Below, piece after piece: positions 53,456 to 62,622 of a stretch of DNA of 64,000 bases. The position numbers and the translations under genes were made by a program. The notes beneath the pieces were generated by a model, which saw only the letters and a program-made list of their open reading frames with translations, ran no database searches and was not told the DNA's origin. Numbering within the stretch: position 1 is the first letter of the stretch; every line of letters starts with the position of its first letter. The stretch covers positions 32,001-96,000 of the forward strand of contig CAWGHO010000003.1 in the NCBI GenBank assembly GCA_963822445.1, written 5' to 3'. Origin of the DNA: an uncultured Acidobacteriota bacterium (GTDB lineage Bacteria > Acidobacteriota > Thermoanaerobaculia > Gp7-AA8).

Positions 53456-55711
53456 TCAGCGCGTCGCGCGCCTTCTCAGCGCGAACGTCTTCATGAACAC
53501 CCGATCCACGCCGCCGAACTGGGGCTCCCACGAGGGGCGGCTGTAGGCGATCGCGATGCCTGCCGGCGCGCGGGACAGCGCCACGCGCTCCTCGTAGATC
53601 GCGTAACCGTGGCCGGGGGCGGCGACGAGCGTCGTCGCGACATGGAGAGACGGCGAGATGTAGGCGACGTGCACGGGAAGGGTCCATGCCGGATAGTCGC
53701 CCGCGCGCCAGGCCACCGCGTACCGTGCGCCATCCCAGATGACGGCGGGGATGGCGGCCGCCGCCAGTCCGACCACGACCCCGCCAACGGGGCCCTGAGG
53801 CATCCCATCCGCGGTGATGCGGCGCGCGCGCAGGTTGAAAAGGTCGGTCCACAGCAGCAGCCAGTCCGTTCCATCGGAGGCAAGCGAGCAGTACAGGCTG
53901 CGGTCCGCCGACTGGGCGAGGATTCGCGGTGTCGCATCGACGACGCCCAGGGACTCAGTCAGGCGCAGGCCTACGATGCGTGGCGTCGCGCGCGGGTCGG
54001 GGTGAAACGGCGGCAGCTCGTCGAACCTGGTCTCCGCCCAGGCAACGAGGAAATGGGTCCCGTTCCACGCCGCGGTCAGATCGAGCGCGTAGCTGGGATT
54101 GCTCGGGACCCTGATCGGCGCCGACGCGGTCCTTGTCGCGCGGTCGAGTCGTACCGCCTGAATCGTCATGTCGCCCCAGAGCATCAACGTCGCTGGCCCG
54201 CTCGTCGCCAGCGTCAGGTTTGCGTACGACGATTCGAAGCGCAGCGGATCGTCGATCTCGCCGGCGGGACTGATGAAGCGGGCGTAGACCGCGACTCGGT
54301 TCGCGGCGTACTGCCACCAGGCCACGATGTAGCTCTCGCCATCAAACACGACGCTGGCCGGGCCGGTCGGCCCCTCGGCGAGCTGCATCCCGCGTCCATC
54401 GAGCGAGACACCATTCTCGACGCGAGTCGCCCACAGGCCATCGCGCTCCGACCAGACCACGAGGTGTTGATTCGGTCCGTGGGCGATGGCGGGGTGCTGC
54501 TGCTCGTTCGCGCTCTTGGTGAGAAGGACCGCGTCGCTCTTCGGCGCGAACGAAGCCGCATCGAAGACCTGGGCCTCGACCGCGTAATCGGACGGATGCC
54601 ATTGCCCCGGCGGTGGTTTGACGCGGATCCAGGCCACGAGCATTTCCGAGCCGTTCGAGGACGCGACCGGATAGTCGGTGAGGAACCCCGCAGGGCTTCT
54701 CACGATCGTGCGTGCGTTGGAGAGAGAGCCATTCGCCGCCACTTCGCGCACTTCGATGCCGGAGCTGTCCAGGGAGTACGTAAAGAAGAGGAAGCGTTCC
54801 GGGAAGCCGATCAGCGAGGCGAAGGAAAGCTGCATGCCCTCCGGAATCACCTGCGCGGCGCCGATGGAGAGATCGGTGGCGAGCGCGCGGGTGGTGCGGA
54901 CCTCGGTTTTTCTCCGGTCCGGCTCGCGCGCCAGAAACACGTAGCCGCTCGCGTTTCCGGCAATGCGGATGTCAGAGGCGGTCGCGATCGTGCTCTTTGC
55001 CGGATCGACAGGGGTGCCGTTCGCGTCGAGCCGCATTGCCTCGAGACTCGAATCCAACCACGTCTTCGGCGGCGTGAGCGAGCCCCACAGCACGACATAG
55101 TCGTCGCCATTCGAGGCGATGGTGCCTCCGGAGAGGAGCGGTGGACCGCCGGGAGCCGTTCCGGGTGCGAGCGAATGAACGGTGATGAGGTTCATCTCGA
55201 GGTCGAGCACGGTCGCGCTCATCTCGTACGGTGAGACAGCCGATTTATGCACGAGGACGATGGTCTTGCCGTTCGTCGCGGCGTATTGCGAAGAGGTGAT
55301 CAACCCGCGGGCGACGACGCGCGGCGGAGTGACGATCGTGCCGTCGGACGCGATCCGTGCGGCGTGGAAAGCGTTGTCTCGAGCCCATACGACGACGTAG
55401 GCGCCGCCGGCGAAGAAGGCATGCGGCAAAGTGCCGGGTTCCGCGTTGATGATGATCCCGAACGGATCGAGAACCTTTCCCTCGCGCGTCACTCGCGACG
55501 CGAGCAGGCGCGAATTGCGGGACTCGCCCATGGTCCGGGTGTCGTTCCACACCACGAGAAAGTCGCGGCCGTCGCTGGCCGTGGCAACGGAGGTGCGAGT
55601 GCCCGGCGCGGAAACGACGGCCGGCGTGCCGACGGCGATCTCGGTTGCGGCGATCAGAGTTGCGGCGCAGAGACTGGCGAGGATCAGGGTAACGCCGCGG
55701 AGGAAGCGCAT
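53456..55711 (-). CDS. Secreted beta-rich repeat protein, hypothetical
   Basis: Signal peptide; repeated (A/S)SDG..(F/Y)LV(V/A)W units; ends LRRRATR. Confidence 0.75.
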   Translation of the reverse strand: MRFLRGVTLILASLCAATLIAATEIAVGTPAVVSAPGTRTSVATASDGRDFLVVWNDTRTMGESRNSRLLASRVTREGKVLDPFGIIINAEPGTLPHAFFAGGAYVVVWARDNAFHAARIASDGTIVTPPRVVARGLITSSQYAATNGKTIVLVHKSAVSPYEMSATVLDLEMNLITVHSLAPGTAPGGPPLLSGGTIASNGDDYVVLWGSLTPPKTWLDSSLEAMRLDANGTPVDPAKSTIATASDIRIAGNASGYVFLAREPDRRKTEVRTTRALATDLSIGAAQVIPEGMQLSFASLIGFPERFLFFTYSLDSSGIEVREVAANGSLSNARTIVRSPAGFLTDYPVASSNGSEMLVAWIRVKPPPGQWHPSDYAVEAQVFDAASFAPKSDAVLLTKSANEQQHPAIAHGPNQHLVVWSERDGLWATRVENGVSLDGRGMQLAEGPTGPASVVFDGESYIVAWWQYAANRVAVYARFISPAGEIDDPLRFESSYANLTLATSGPATLMLWGDMTIQAVRLDRATRTASAPIRVPSNPSYALDLTAAWNGTHFLVAWAETRFDELPPFHPDPRATPRIVGLRLTESLGVVDATPRILAQSADRSLYCSLASDGTDWLLLWTDLFNLRARRITADGMPQGPVGGVVVGLAAAAIPAVIWDGARYAVAWRAGDYPAWTLPVHVAYISPSLHVATTLVAAPGHGYAIYEERVALSRAPAGIAIAYSRPSWEPQFGGVDRVFMKTFALRRRATR

Positions 55712-55947
55712 ATGGTGTTACAGCATAACCGCAGTTCACTTCTTTACGGCAACGTTCCTCTGAAATAACGCCGGAATTTGGCGTCTAGACCCCGGAAACA
55801 GGCCATTTTTCGGCCATTCAGCGGGAAGGGTGTGAGGAACGGCCGCACGTCTCGATGTCAAGCCTTGGAAAACGGGTGATATGGCTGAGCCCAAAATGGG
55901 GTCAAGTCTCATGGCGACAGCGGGTTAGGTCAGTTCGCCCAAACGTG

Positions 55948-56048
55948 TGTGCAAAGAGCTGAAAGCCGCTATTTTTTGCGGGTTCCCGCGTTTTTCACAA
56001 CGATTTCCGCAGCGTTTTCCACACATTCTGTGTAAAGGATTTTTCACC
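55948..56048. promoter_or_regulatory. Cluster of DnaA-box-like 9-mers
   Basis: TTTTTCACA 55991, ATTTCCGCA 56003, TTTTCCACA 56015, reverse CTTTACACA 56029, TTTTTCACC 56040, reverse CTTTGCACA 55948. Confidence 0.45.
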
Positions 56049-56621
56049 CTCCCGAATGAATCGCGGCTCAGCACCGGTAAGGTCCAGAATCGCTGATGGT
56101 TCGCCCGTTCTCGGGCCTCCGTCGATCACCGCATCGAGAGCTTCGTGCAGGTCGGAAGGGAGCATCAAAGGTGTCTGAACGGGCGGCTCTCCGCTGCGAT
56201 TCGCGCTCGTGGAAACGAGCGGACCGGTGCGTGTGATGAGCTCGCGAAGCCAGTCGAGCGCGGGGATGCGGACGGCCAGTGACGATGCGCCGCGGCTGGC
56301 CGGGATGGGCTGGCGAAGCGGAAGGATGGCCGTGAGGGGGGCGGGCCAGATGGTATTCAGTCCACGCAGCAGATCGACATCTGCCTCGATCCCGATCTCC
56401 GTCAACTGATCGATCGACGCGGCCAGGACGATGAAGGGCTTGGCGTCGTCGCGGCCCTTGAGCTCGGCGATGCGCGCGACGGCGGCCGCGTCCGTGGCGA
56501 CGGCGTGCAGCCCGTAGATGGTGTCGGTCGGAAGAAGAACGATCTTGCCGTCGCGAAACAACTCGGCGATTTCGTTGATCTGGAGAGCGCTCGGCGCTTC
56601 TTTGATGTACCAGCGTCTCAT
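55995..56621 (-). CDS. tsaC: L-threonylcarbamoyladenylate synthase (TsaC/YrdC/Sua5)
   Basis: PTDTIYGL, KGR...KP, AVRIP, STSANRSG. Confidence 0.9.
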   Translation of the reverse strand: MRRWYIKEAPSALQINEIAELFRDGKIVLLPTDTIYGLHAVATDAAAVARIAELKGRDDAKPFIVLAASIDQLTEIGIEADVDLLRGLNTIWPAPLTAILPLRQPIPASRGASSLAVRIPALDWLRELITRTGPLVSTSANRSGEPPVQTPLMLPSDLHEALDAVIDGGPRTGEPSAILDLTGAEPRFIREGEKSFTQNVWKTLRKSL

Positions 56622-58309
56622 TTGGAGTGCGCCGCACTCCGCAGCTCGCGCGCATGAGCCCGGGCTGATTCGGTGATCTTCTCGCCTCCCAGCATTCTGG
56701 CGATCTCGTTCACCCGGTCATCCTGATCGTCGAGCCGCCGGATTCGCGCGCGCGTGTGGCCGTCCGCGTCTTCTTTCCAGACGTAAAAGTGCGTCGTCCC
56801 GAAGCTGGCGATCTGCGGCAGATGGGTGACGCAGATGACCTGGTTCTTCGCGGAGAGCTCCTGCAGCTTGCGGCCGACGACTTCCGCCACCCGTCCGCCG
56901 ATGCCGGCGTCGATCTCGTCGAACACGAGCGTGGCCGCGGCCGCGCTCGACGAGGCTTTGAACAACGCCGCGGCGATCGCGAGCTGAATGCGCGACAGCT
57001 CGCCGCCCGACGCAATGCGCTGCATCGCCTTCGGCTCTTCCCCACGATTGGGCGCGATGAGAATGTCCACGCGATCGATGCCGTCCGCCGACGGCGCGCC
57101 ATCGCGCGCGTCGACGGTCACCTTCACCGTCGTCCGCTCCATGGCCAGGTCGTTGAGCTCTTTCTGGATGGCCTGCTCGAACGAGCGCGCCGCTTTTTTC
57201 CGCGCCGCGGAGAGTTTCTCCGCCGCTTTCCGATACGCGGAAAGCCGCGCCGACTCGGCGACCTGCAGTTTCTCCACGCTCGACTCGTAATCCTCGAGGC
57301 GGTCGTACTCGTCCTGAATCCGGCTGAGATGCTCGAGCGCCGCCTCGATGGAACCGCCGTACTTTTTCTTCATCCGCTCGATGGTCACCAGGCGGTCCTC
57401 GATCTGTTCGAGGCGCGCCGGATCGTGGCGAACGGATTCGCTGAGGCTGCCGAGGGTGCGGGCCAGGTCCTGGAGGCGGTACATGGCTTCCTGGAGGTCT
57501 TTGGAGATCGTCTCCAGCTCGTTGATGTGGCGGGTCAGCGGCTGGAGGAGGTGAATCGCGCGGCCGAGCTGCGCGATCGCCGACAGCTCGTCTTCGTCGA
57601 TGAGCTGAAACGCGCCGGACGTCGCCTCGATCATCTCGCGGGCGTGGCTGAGGATCGCCTTTTCGCTCCGTGCGTTCTCTTCTTCCGCCGGATCGAGCCG
57701 GGCCGCGGAAAGCTCGTCGACCTGGTACTTGAGAAGATCCAGACGAAGGGTGCGATCGCGCTGAGCTTCGGTGATCTCGCGAAGCTGATCGGCAGCCACT
57801 TTCCACTCGGCGTAGAGCGCGCGAGTCGAATCGAGCAACGCCGCGTGGTTGCCGTATTCGTCGACCAGCTCGCGGTAAGACTGTCCGGCCACGCGGTGGT
57901 GCGATTCGTTCTGACCATGGATCTCGAGGACTGCGTCCATGGCGGAACCGAGATCGCGGACAGACAGGGGAGAACCATTGATGAGGACGCGCGCGCGTCC
58001 ACCCGCGGCAATCTCCCGGCGAACGATCAGCTCGATGACGCCGCCCTGAACCTTGACGTCGACGCCGAGCTCATCCAGTTGGAAACGCACACTCTTCGGC
58101 AGATGAAACACCGCCTCGGCAGTCATCTTGTCGCTGCCGCTGCGGATCATTTCAGTCGATCCCCGAGCCCCGCGCAGGAACTCCAGCGAGTCGATCAGCA
58201 GCGATTTGCCCGCACCGGTCTCGCCGGTGAGGACGTTCAGGCCCGGGCCTGGCTCGATGGCGAGCTCTTCGACGATGGCGAGGTTCCGGACCTTGAGATA
58301 GGTGATCAC
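56618..58309 (-). CDS. recN: DNA repair protein RecN
   Basis: VLTGETGAGKS, IHGQNE, ASGGELSR, FDEIDAGIGG, CVTHLPQ, EIARMLGG. Confidence 0.95.
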   Translation of the reverse strand: MITYLKVRNLAIVEELAIEPGPGLNVLTGETGAGKSLLIDSLEFLRGARGSTEMIRSGSDKMTAEAVFHLPKSVRFQLDELGVDVKVQGGVIELIVRREIAAGGRARVLINGSPLSVRDLGSAMDAVLEIHGQNESHHRVAGQSYRELVDEYGNHAALLDSTRALYAEWKVAADQLREITEAQRDRTLRLDLLKYQVDELSAARLDPAEEENARSEKAILSHAREMIEATSGAFQLIDEDELSAIAQLGRAIHLLQPLTRHINELETISKDLQEAMYRLQDLARTLGSLSESVRHDPARLEQIEDRLVTIERMKKKYGGSIEAALEHLSRIQDEYDRLEDYESSVEKLQVAESARLSAYRKAAEKLSAARKKAARSFEQAIQKELNDLAMERTTVKVTVDARDGAPSADGIDRVDILIAPNRGEEPKAMQRIASGGELSRIQLAIAAALFKASSSAAAATLVFDEIDAGIGGRVAEVVGRKLQELSAKNQVICVTHLPQIASFGTTHFYVWKEDADGHTRARIRRLDDQDDRVNEIARMLGGEKITESARAHARELRSAAHSK

Positions 58310-58357
58310 GACCGGCGAAAAGTTTACCTCGGCAACGTCTTTGCTCTTGTCAGGCTC

Positions 58358-59623
58358 ATGAACATGCGGAAATTCATCGTGGCGGCCCTGCTCATCGGAT
58401 CCGTGGCTTGTAGTAAAGAGGAAGCGAAAGACGCAAAAGACGCCGTCACCGAAAAGGCGACCGAGGTCGCCGCGAAGGTGGACGACGCGATCGACATCGC
58501 CGTCCCGCTCGGCAAGGACGACCCGGCCGCGCGCGAAAAAGAGCGCTTCGACGAAGGCTGGCGCGGCCTCAGCGGCTTCAGCGAAGTGAAAGCGGGTCCG
58601 CCCCAGGGTCCGGCCGCGCCCGAAGTGAAAGTCACCTTTGCCCCGAACGGCAAGGAGAGCGGCTTCAAGAACGTGAAGCCGGAGATGATCCAGGACGCGC
58701 CGGTGGTCGTTCCGATCAAGGGCGACATGGCCGGGCCGTCTGTGCTGAAGACGCAGGTCTATCTCGACCGCCTGCATTTCTCGGTCGGTGCGCTCGACGG
58801 ACGCTGGGGAAGGAACTCGGCGATCGCGCTCTGGTGGTATCAGCGCTCGCGCGGGATCAACGCGACGGAGCCGGGCGCACTCGATGAAGCGACGTTCCGC
58901 TCACTCGCCGGAGCGGCCGGCGGTGAGGCCGCGGTCACGCAGCACACGGTGACCGAGGAGGATGTGAAGGGACCGTTCGTGAGCGTGCCGGAAGAGATGT
59001 ACGACAAGGCCAAGCTCGATTGTCTTTGCTACGAATCGAAGAAAGAGAAGCTGGCGGAGATCTTCCACACCACGACTGACTTCCTCGACGTGCTGAATCC
59101 CGACGCCGACTTCTCCAACATCAAGGCCGGCGATCGCATCTGGGTTCCGAACGTCCGCGAGACGCCGATGCAGGCGCAGCCCGACATCGCGCGCGTGGTC
59201 GTTTCGATCAAGGGCAACTCCTTCAACGCCTTCGATGCGCAGGGCAACCTGATCTTCCATGCGCCGACGACGCTGGGCAACAAGTACGACCCGTCCCCGC
59301 GCGAGACCGTGCAGGTGAAGAAGATCGTGCACGACCCGCACTTCCACTATCAGCCGAAGCTCTTCGCCGAAGTACCGGATGACGAGCCGGAAGCGAACCT
59401 GAACCCGGGCCCGAACTCGCCTGTCGGCGTGGTCTGGATCGCGCTGACCAAACCGCATTTCGGCGTGCACGGAACGTCTGATCCCGACTCGATCGGCTAC
59501 GCCTCCTCACACGGGTGCGTGCGCCTGACGAACTGGGACGCGAAGGAAGTGGCGAACCGGATCTCGGAGGGTGTGTCGGTCGAGTTCCTGGATACGAGGA
59601 CTACACAGACGGCGTCGAGGTGA
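58358..59623 (+). CDS. L,D-transpeptidase (YkuD) lipoprotein with peptidoglycan-binding/LysM-like regions
   Basis: Lipobox SVAC; GPNSPVG, FGVHGT, SHGCVRLTNWD. Confidence 0.9.
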   Translation: MNMRKFIVAALLIGSVACSKEEAKDAKDAVTEKATEVAAKVDDAIDIAVPLGKDDPAAREKERFDEGWRGLSGFSEVKAGPPQGPAAPEVKVTFAPNGKESGFKNVKPEMIQDAPVVVPIKGDMAGPSVLKTQVYLDRLHFSVGALDGRWGRNSAIALWWYQRSRGINATEPGALDEATFRSLAGAAGGEAAVTQHTVTEEDVKGPFVSVPEEMYDKAKLDCLCYESKKEKLAEIFHTTTDFLDVLNPDADFSNIKAGDRIWVPNVRETPMQAQPDIARVVVSIKGNSFNAFDAQGNLIFHAPTTLGNKYDPSPRETVQVKKIVHDPHFHYQPKLFAEVPDDEPEANLNPGPNSPVGVVWIALTKPHFGVHGTSDPDSIGYASSHGCVRLTNWDAKEVANRISEGVSVEFLDTRTTQTASR

Positions 59624-59624
59624 G

Positions 59625-59681
59625 TGGAGTGCGGCGGCTCTGCCGCCGCTTTCAAAGCGGCAGCAGAGCTGCCGCACTCCA
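59625..59681. repeat. REP-like palindrome between convergent genes
   Basis: TGGAGTGCGGCGGCTCTGCCGCCGCTTTCAAAGCGGCAGCAGAGCTGCCGCACTCCA. Confidence 0.88.
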
Positions 59682-59684
59682 ACG

Positions 59685-60972
59685 CTAAGCCACCGCCTGC
59701 CGCAACTCCTCGGTCGTGATGCCCGGCGATTTCAGGTTGCCGATGAGCGTCAGCGAAAGCGAGTCCGCATCGACGATCGTCGAGGCGACGCTCTGGATGT
59801 CCTCCAGCGTGACCGCGTCGATGTGCTCGATGATCTCGTCGGCGGAGTACTGACGGCCAAAGTAATACTCCTGGCGGGCGATGCCGGACATGCGGCTGAT
59901 CGTCGATTCGAGCGACAGCAGGATCGAGCCCTTGAGGTGCAGCTTCGACGCGGCCAGTTCTTCCGCCGTCACGCCGGCACCCTTGATCTGGCGCATCTCC
60001 GCGAGCGTCAGATCGAGCACGCGCCGCAGGTTCTTCGGCGCGCAGGCGGCGTACACGGCCTCGTATCCGCCGTGCAGGTAGCCGTTGTGATACGAGGCCA
60101 CGCTGTAAACCAGGCCTTCCTGTTCGCGGATCTCTGAAAGAGCCGCGAGGACATGCTGCCGCCGAGCGATGGCGTTGAACAGCGCCGCCGCGTAGCGCTC
60201 GTGCGCCCTGCTGCGGAAAGCCGCGCGAGCCGAGACAGAGGTGAACCTGTTCGAGCTCGCGCTTCTCGCGGAGGATCACGTGCTGCGCCGGCGTCGGCGC
60301 CGACCACTCACGGCGGAACGGCGGCTGTGAGGCTTTCGGGAAGTGCTTTTCCAGAAACGGTAGGACATCCTCGGGCTTCACGTTGCCGGAGGCCGCGAAG
60401 ATCACGTTCGAGGGCTGGAAGGTCTCGCGGTAATGCTCGACGATCTTGTCGCGCTCGAGCCGGGCAATGGTCTCCTCGGTGCCGAGGATCGGCCGTCCCA
60501 GCGGATGATCGGGCCAGAACGAGGTCACGAAAATCTCGTGCACCAGATCGTCCGGCGTGTCCTCGACCATCTTGATCTCTTCGAGGATGACGCCGCGCTC
60601 CATCTCCACGTCCTCGTGCGTGAACCGCGGTGAGGTGACGATGTCGGTCAGCAATTCCAGCGCGGTCGGCACCTGTTCGTCGAGCACGTGCGCGTAAAAC
60701 GACGTGTACTCCTTGCCGGTGAAGGCGTCGACGTCGCCGCCGAGGATGTCGATGACCTGGGCGATCTCGGCGGTGTTGCGTTTCTCGGTTCCCTTGAAGA
60801 CCAGATGTTCGAGGAAGTGCGACGCGCCGCCATGCTCCTCCGACTCGACCGCCGATCCGCTGCGCAGGTAGTACCCGAGCGCAACCGAGCGGACGTAGGG
60901 AAGGGTCTCGACGAGGACCGTAATCCCTGAGTCGAGTGTGGTTTTGAAGACCGTCGTTTTCTGGCGGGGCAT
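59685..60972 (-). CDS. M16 (pitrilysin) family peptidase, frameshifted around 60130-60215
   Basis: HFLEH inverted zinc motif, AFTGKEYT, HPLGRPILG; LGGSMSSRLFQ and the C-terminal part lie in other frames. Confidence 0.88.
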
Positions 60973-60984
60973 GCGGCCGAGATT

Positions 60985-61020
60985 GTAGCCCTGAGCGAGC
61001 GCAGCGAGTCGAAGGGCTAC
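60985..61020. repeat. Short GTAG-initiated REP-like hairpin
   Basis: GTAGCCCT-GAGCGAGCGCAGCGAGTCGA-AGGGCTAC. Confidence 0.6.
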
Positions 61021-61679
61021 TTCAGGTTGATGGCCGCGAGCCGTCCCTGGACCTCGGTCTGGAGGTCGCGGGTGGTGTAAACCCACTGCGAGTAGTCCTC
61101 GGCACCGTTGAGGGCGATGAAGGACTTGCCGCTCTTGTTCGGCCGGACGCCGATGAACGGGCCCTCGTATTCCGCGGGCGAAGCGCCTTCGCGCAACTTC
61201 GAGGGAGGCATGGCCGGCGGCGTATTCGGTGGCGCATTCGGCTGCACGATCGGTTGCGCGGGCTCGAGCGCGGACTCGGGCACGAGGATCCAGTCCTCTT
61301 CCTTCCCCGTCAGCGGCATCGGGAACGAGTCACCGCTGAAGCGCAGCACGCGAGGCTGCTTCGCTTCCTTCAGCTGATCGAGAGTGGTCGGAAAGCCCTG
61401 GTGTTTGGCCTGCCAGATCGAGATCGCGCGGGCGGCCTGCTTCATCTGGAAGATGGTCTGCTTGTCGCGCTCGCGATGCATGAGCATCGACCACTGGGGC
61501 GGCACGGTGAAGGCCACGATGATGCTGATGATCGTCATGATGACGATCAGCGCGGCGAGGGTGAACCCCTCTTGATGGGTAGGCAGTAGGCGGTAGGCGG
61601 TAGGCGGTGGCTGGTTCTCCCGCCTACCGCCTACCGTCGACCGCCTACTGCTTCTAGAGCTCCGCGTAGGCGATCCCAT
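61017..61679 (-). CDS. Type II secretion / type IV pilus minor pseudopilin (start uncertain)
   Basis: QEG/FTLAALIVIMTII prepilin-like site; GFPTTLDQL; GPFIGVR. Confidence 0.75.
   Translation of the reverse strand: MGSPTRSSRSSRRSTVGGRRENQPPPTAYRLLPTHQEGFTLAALIVIMTIISIIVAFTVPPQWSMLMHRERDKQTIFQMKQAARAISIWQAKHQGFPTTLDQLKEAKQPRVLRFSGDSFPMPLTGKEEDWILVPESALEPAQPIVQPNAPPNTPPAMPPSKLREGASPAEYEGPFIGVRPNKSGKSFIALNGAEDYSQWVYTTRDLQTEVQGRLAAINLK
61578..61655. repeat. Inverted arrays of the 7-mer GGTAGGC / GCCTACC
   Basis: 4 forward units and about 4 reverse units. Confidence 0.85.
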
Positions 61680-62095
61680 CGAGCGTCGTTCCTTCGGCCT
61701 TGCTCTTCACGTCGATCACGCCCGGCTGGGCCATCGCTTCCGGGTCGGGATCGGTCGTTTCCTTCGTTCGTGGGATCGTCCATGATCACGTTCCAGTCGG
61801 CCGACTTGGTGACCGGGTCCGCGGGGATGTTGCGGACGTAGTTGGGGACGAGCTCGTTCAGGTCGTTCGGGTAGCGCTGCTTGTCGGCGTAGAAGTTGTC
61901 GATGGCCTTCCGCAGCTGGAAGAGGTTGTCCTTGAGGGCCGCTTCCTGCGCTTTCCGCGTGGCATGACGCACGTTGATGATGGCCACGCCGGCCAGGATG
62001 CCGATGATCGTGACCACAACGATGAGCTCGATGAGGGAAAAGCCGGCCTGGGAGCGGCGTGCGCGGCCTTTGCCGGCCGTGAGTTCGTGAGTCAT
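61654..62095 (-). CDS. Pseudopilin (GspG-like) with a frameshift near 61760
   Basis: AG/FSLIELIVVV, AIDNFYADKQRYP, IPADP; C-terminus PGVIDVKSKAEGTTLDGIAYAEL* lies in a shifted frame. Confidence 0.82.
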
Positions 62096-62103
62096 CGCGT
62101 CAG

Positions 62104-62619
62104 TCACCATTCGTTGTAATGCGTCTTGCCGTCGAGAGCCAGCGCTGTGGAAGTTGAGTGGATCTCGAAGACGTGGTCGGCACTGCAGGAGTCGCCGACC
62201 GTGCACGTGTTCGAGAAAGTCGATTCCGGATCGTCTGTCGTGGACAGGACGATCCATTCCGCGCGGCCGGTCATGGGATCGATGAGATCGCGCTCGCGAA
62301 TCAGCTTGACGATCTTGCCGTCGGTCATCTCGATGCCTTTGAGCAGCTCGTCGAGCGATTTCGGATAGCCCTCCGACTTGAGGGCCTGCATCTCCGCCGG
62401 ACGCACGGGCATGGCCGGGTTCATGGTCATCAGCTCGCGGTACCGGTCGACGGCCTCGGTGATCTTGCGCAGGCGATCGCGCAACTCGATTTCCTTCTGA
62501 CGCCGGAGGCTGACGCGAGCGACCGGCAGGGCCACCGCGGCGAGGATGCCGATGATGGCCACGACGGTGATCAACTCGGCGATCGTGAAGCCGCGGTTCT
62601 TCGAGGTCCGGGTGAACAT
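62104..62619 (-). CDS. Pseudopilin (GspG-like)
   Basis: RG/FTIAELITVVAIIGIL; GYPKSLDEL; DPMTG; ALDGKTHYNEW. Confidence 0.85.
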   Translation of the reverse strand: MFTRTSKNRGFTIAELITVVAIIGILAAVALPVARVSLRRQKEIELRDRLRKITEAVDRYRELMTMNPAMPVRPAEMQALKSEGYPKSLDELLKGIEMTDGKIVKLIRERDLIDPMTGRAEWIVLSTTDDPESTFSNTCTVGDSCSADHVFEIHSTSTALALDGKTHYNEW

Positions 62620-62622
62620 GAC

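Noticed and set aside
55712-55994. ncRNA, riboswitch or tRNA in the longest intergenic region
   Set aside because: No recognisable cloverleaf or riboswitch consensus by eye; an Rfam/Infernal search would be needed.
636-59623. Long antisense or alternative-frame ORFs in the track (e.g. 636-2273+, 3114-6065+, 9382-11550+, 33463-35070+, 43248-44858+, 53450-55234+, and the 5' part of 56756-59623+)
   Set aside because: They are shadows of well-supported genes. High GC removes stop codons, and the translations are Arg/Gly/His-rich with no motifs.
16453-62095. Frameshifted genes (debranching enzyme, gntR, SPFH, M16 peptidase, pseudopilin) as true pseudogenes or recoding
   Set aside because: The indels are clustered, motifs are intact on both sides and I saw no nonsense decay. 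This is typical of unpolished long-read assembly; reads are needed to decide.
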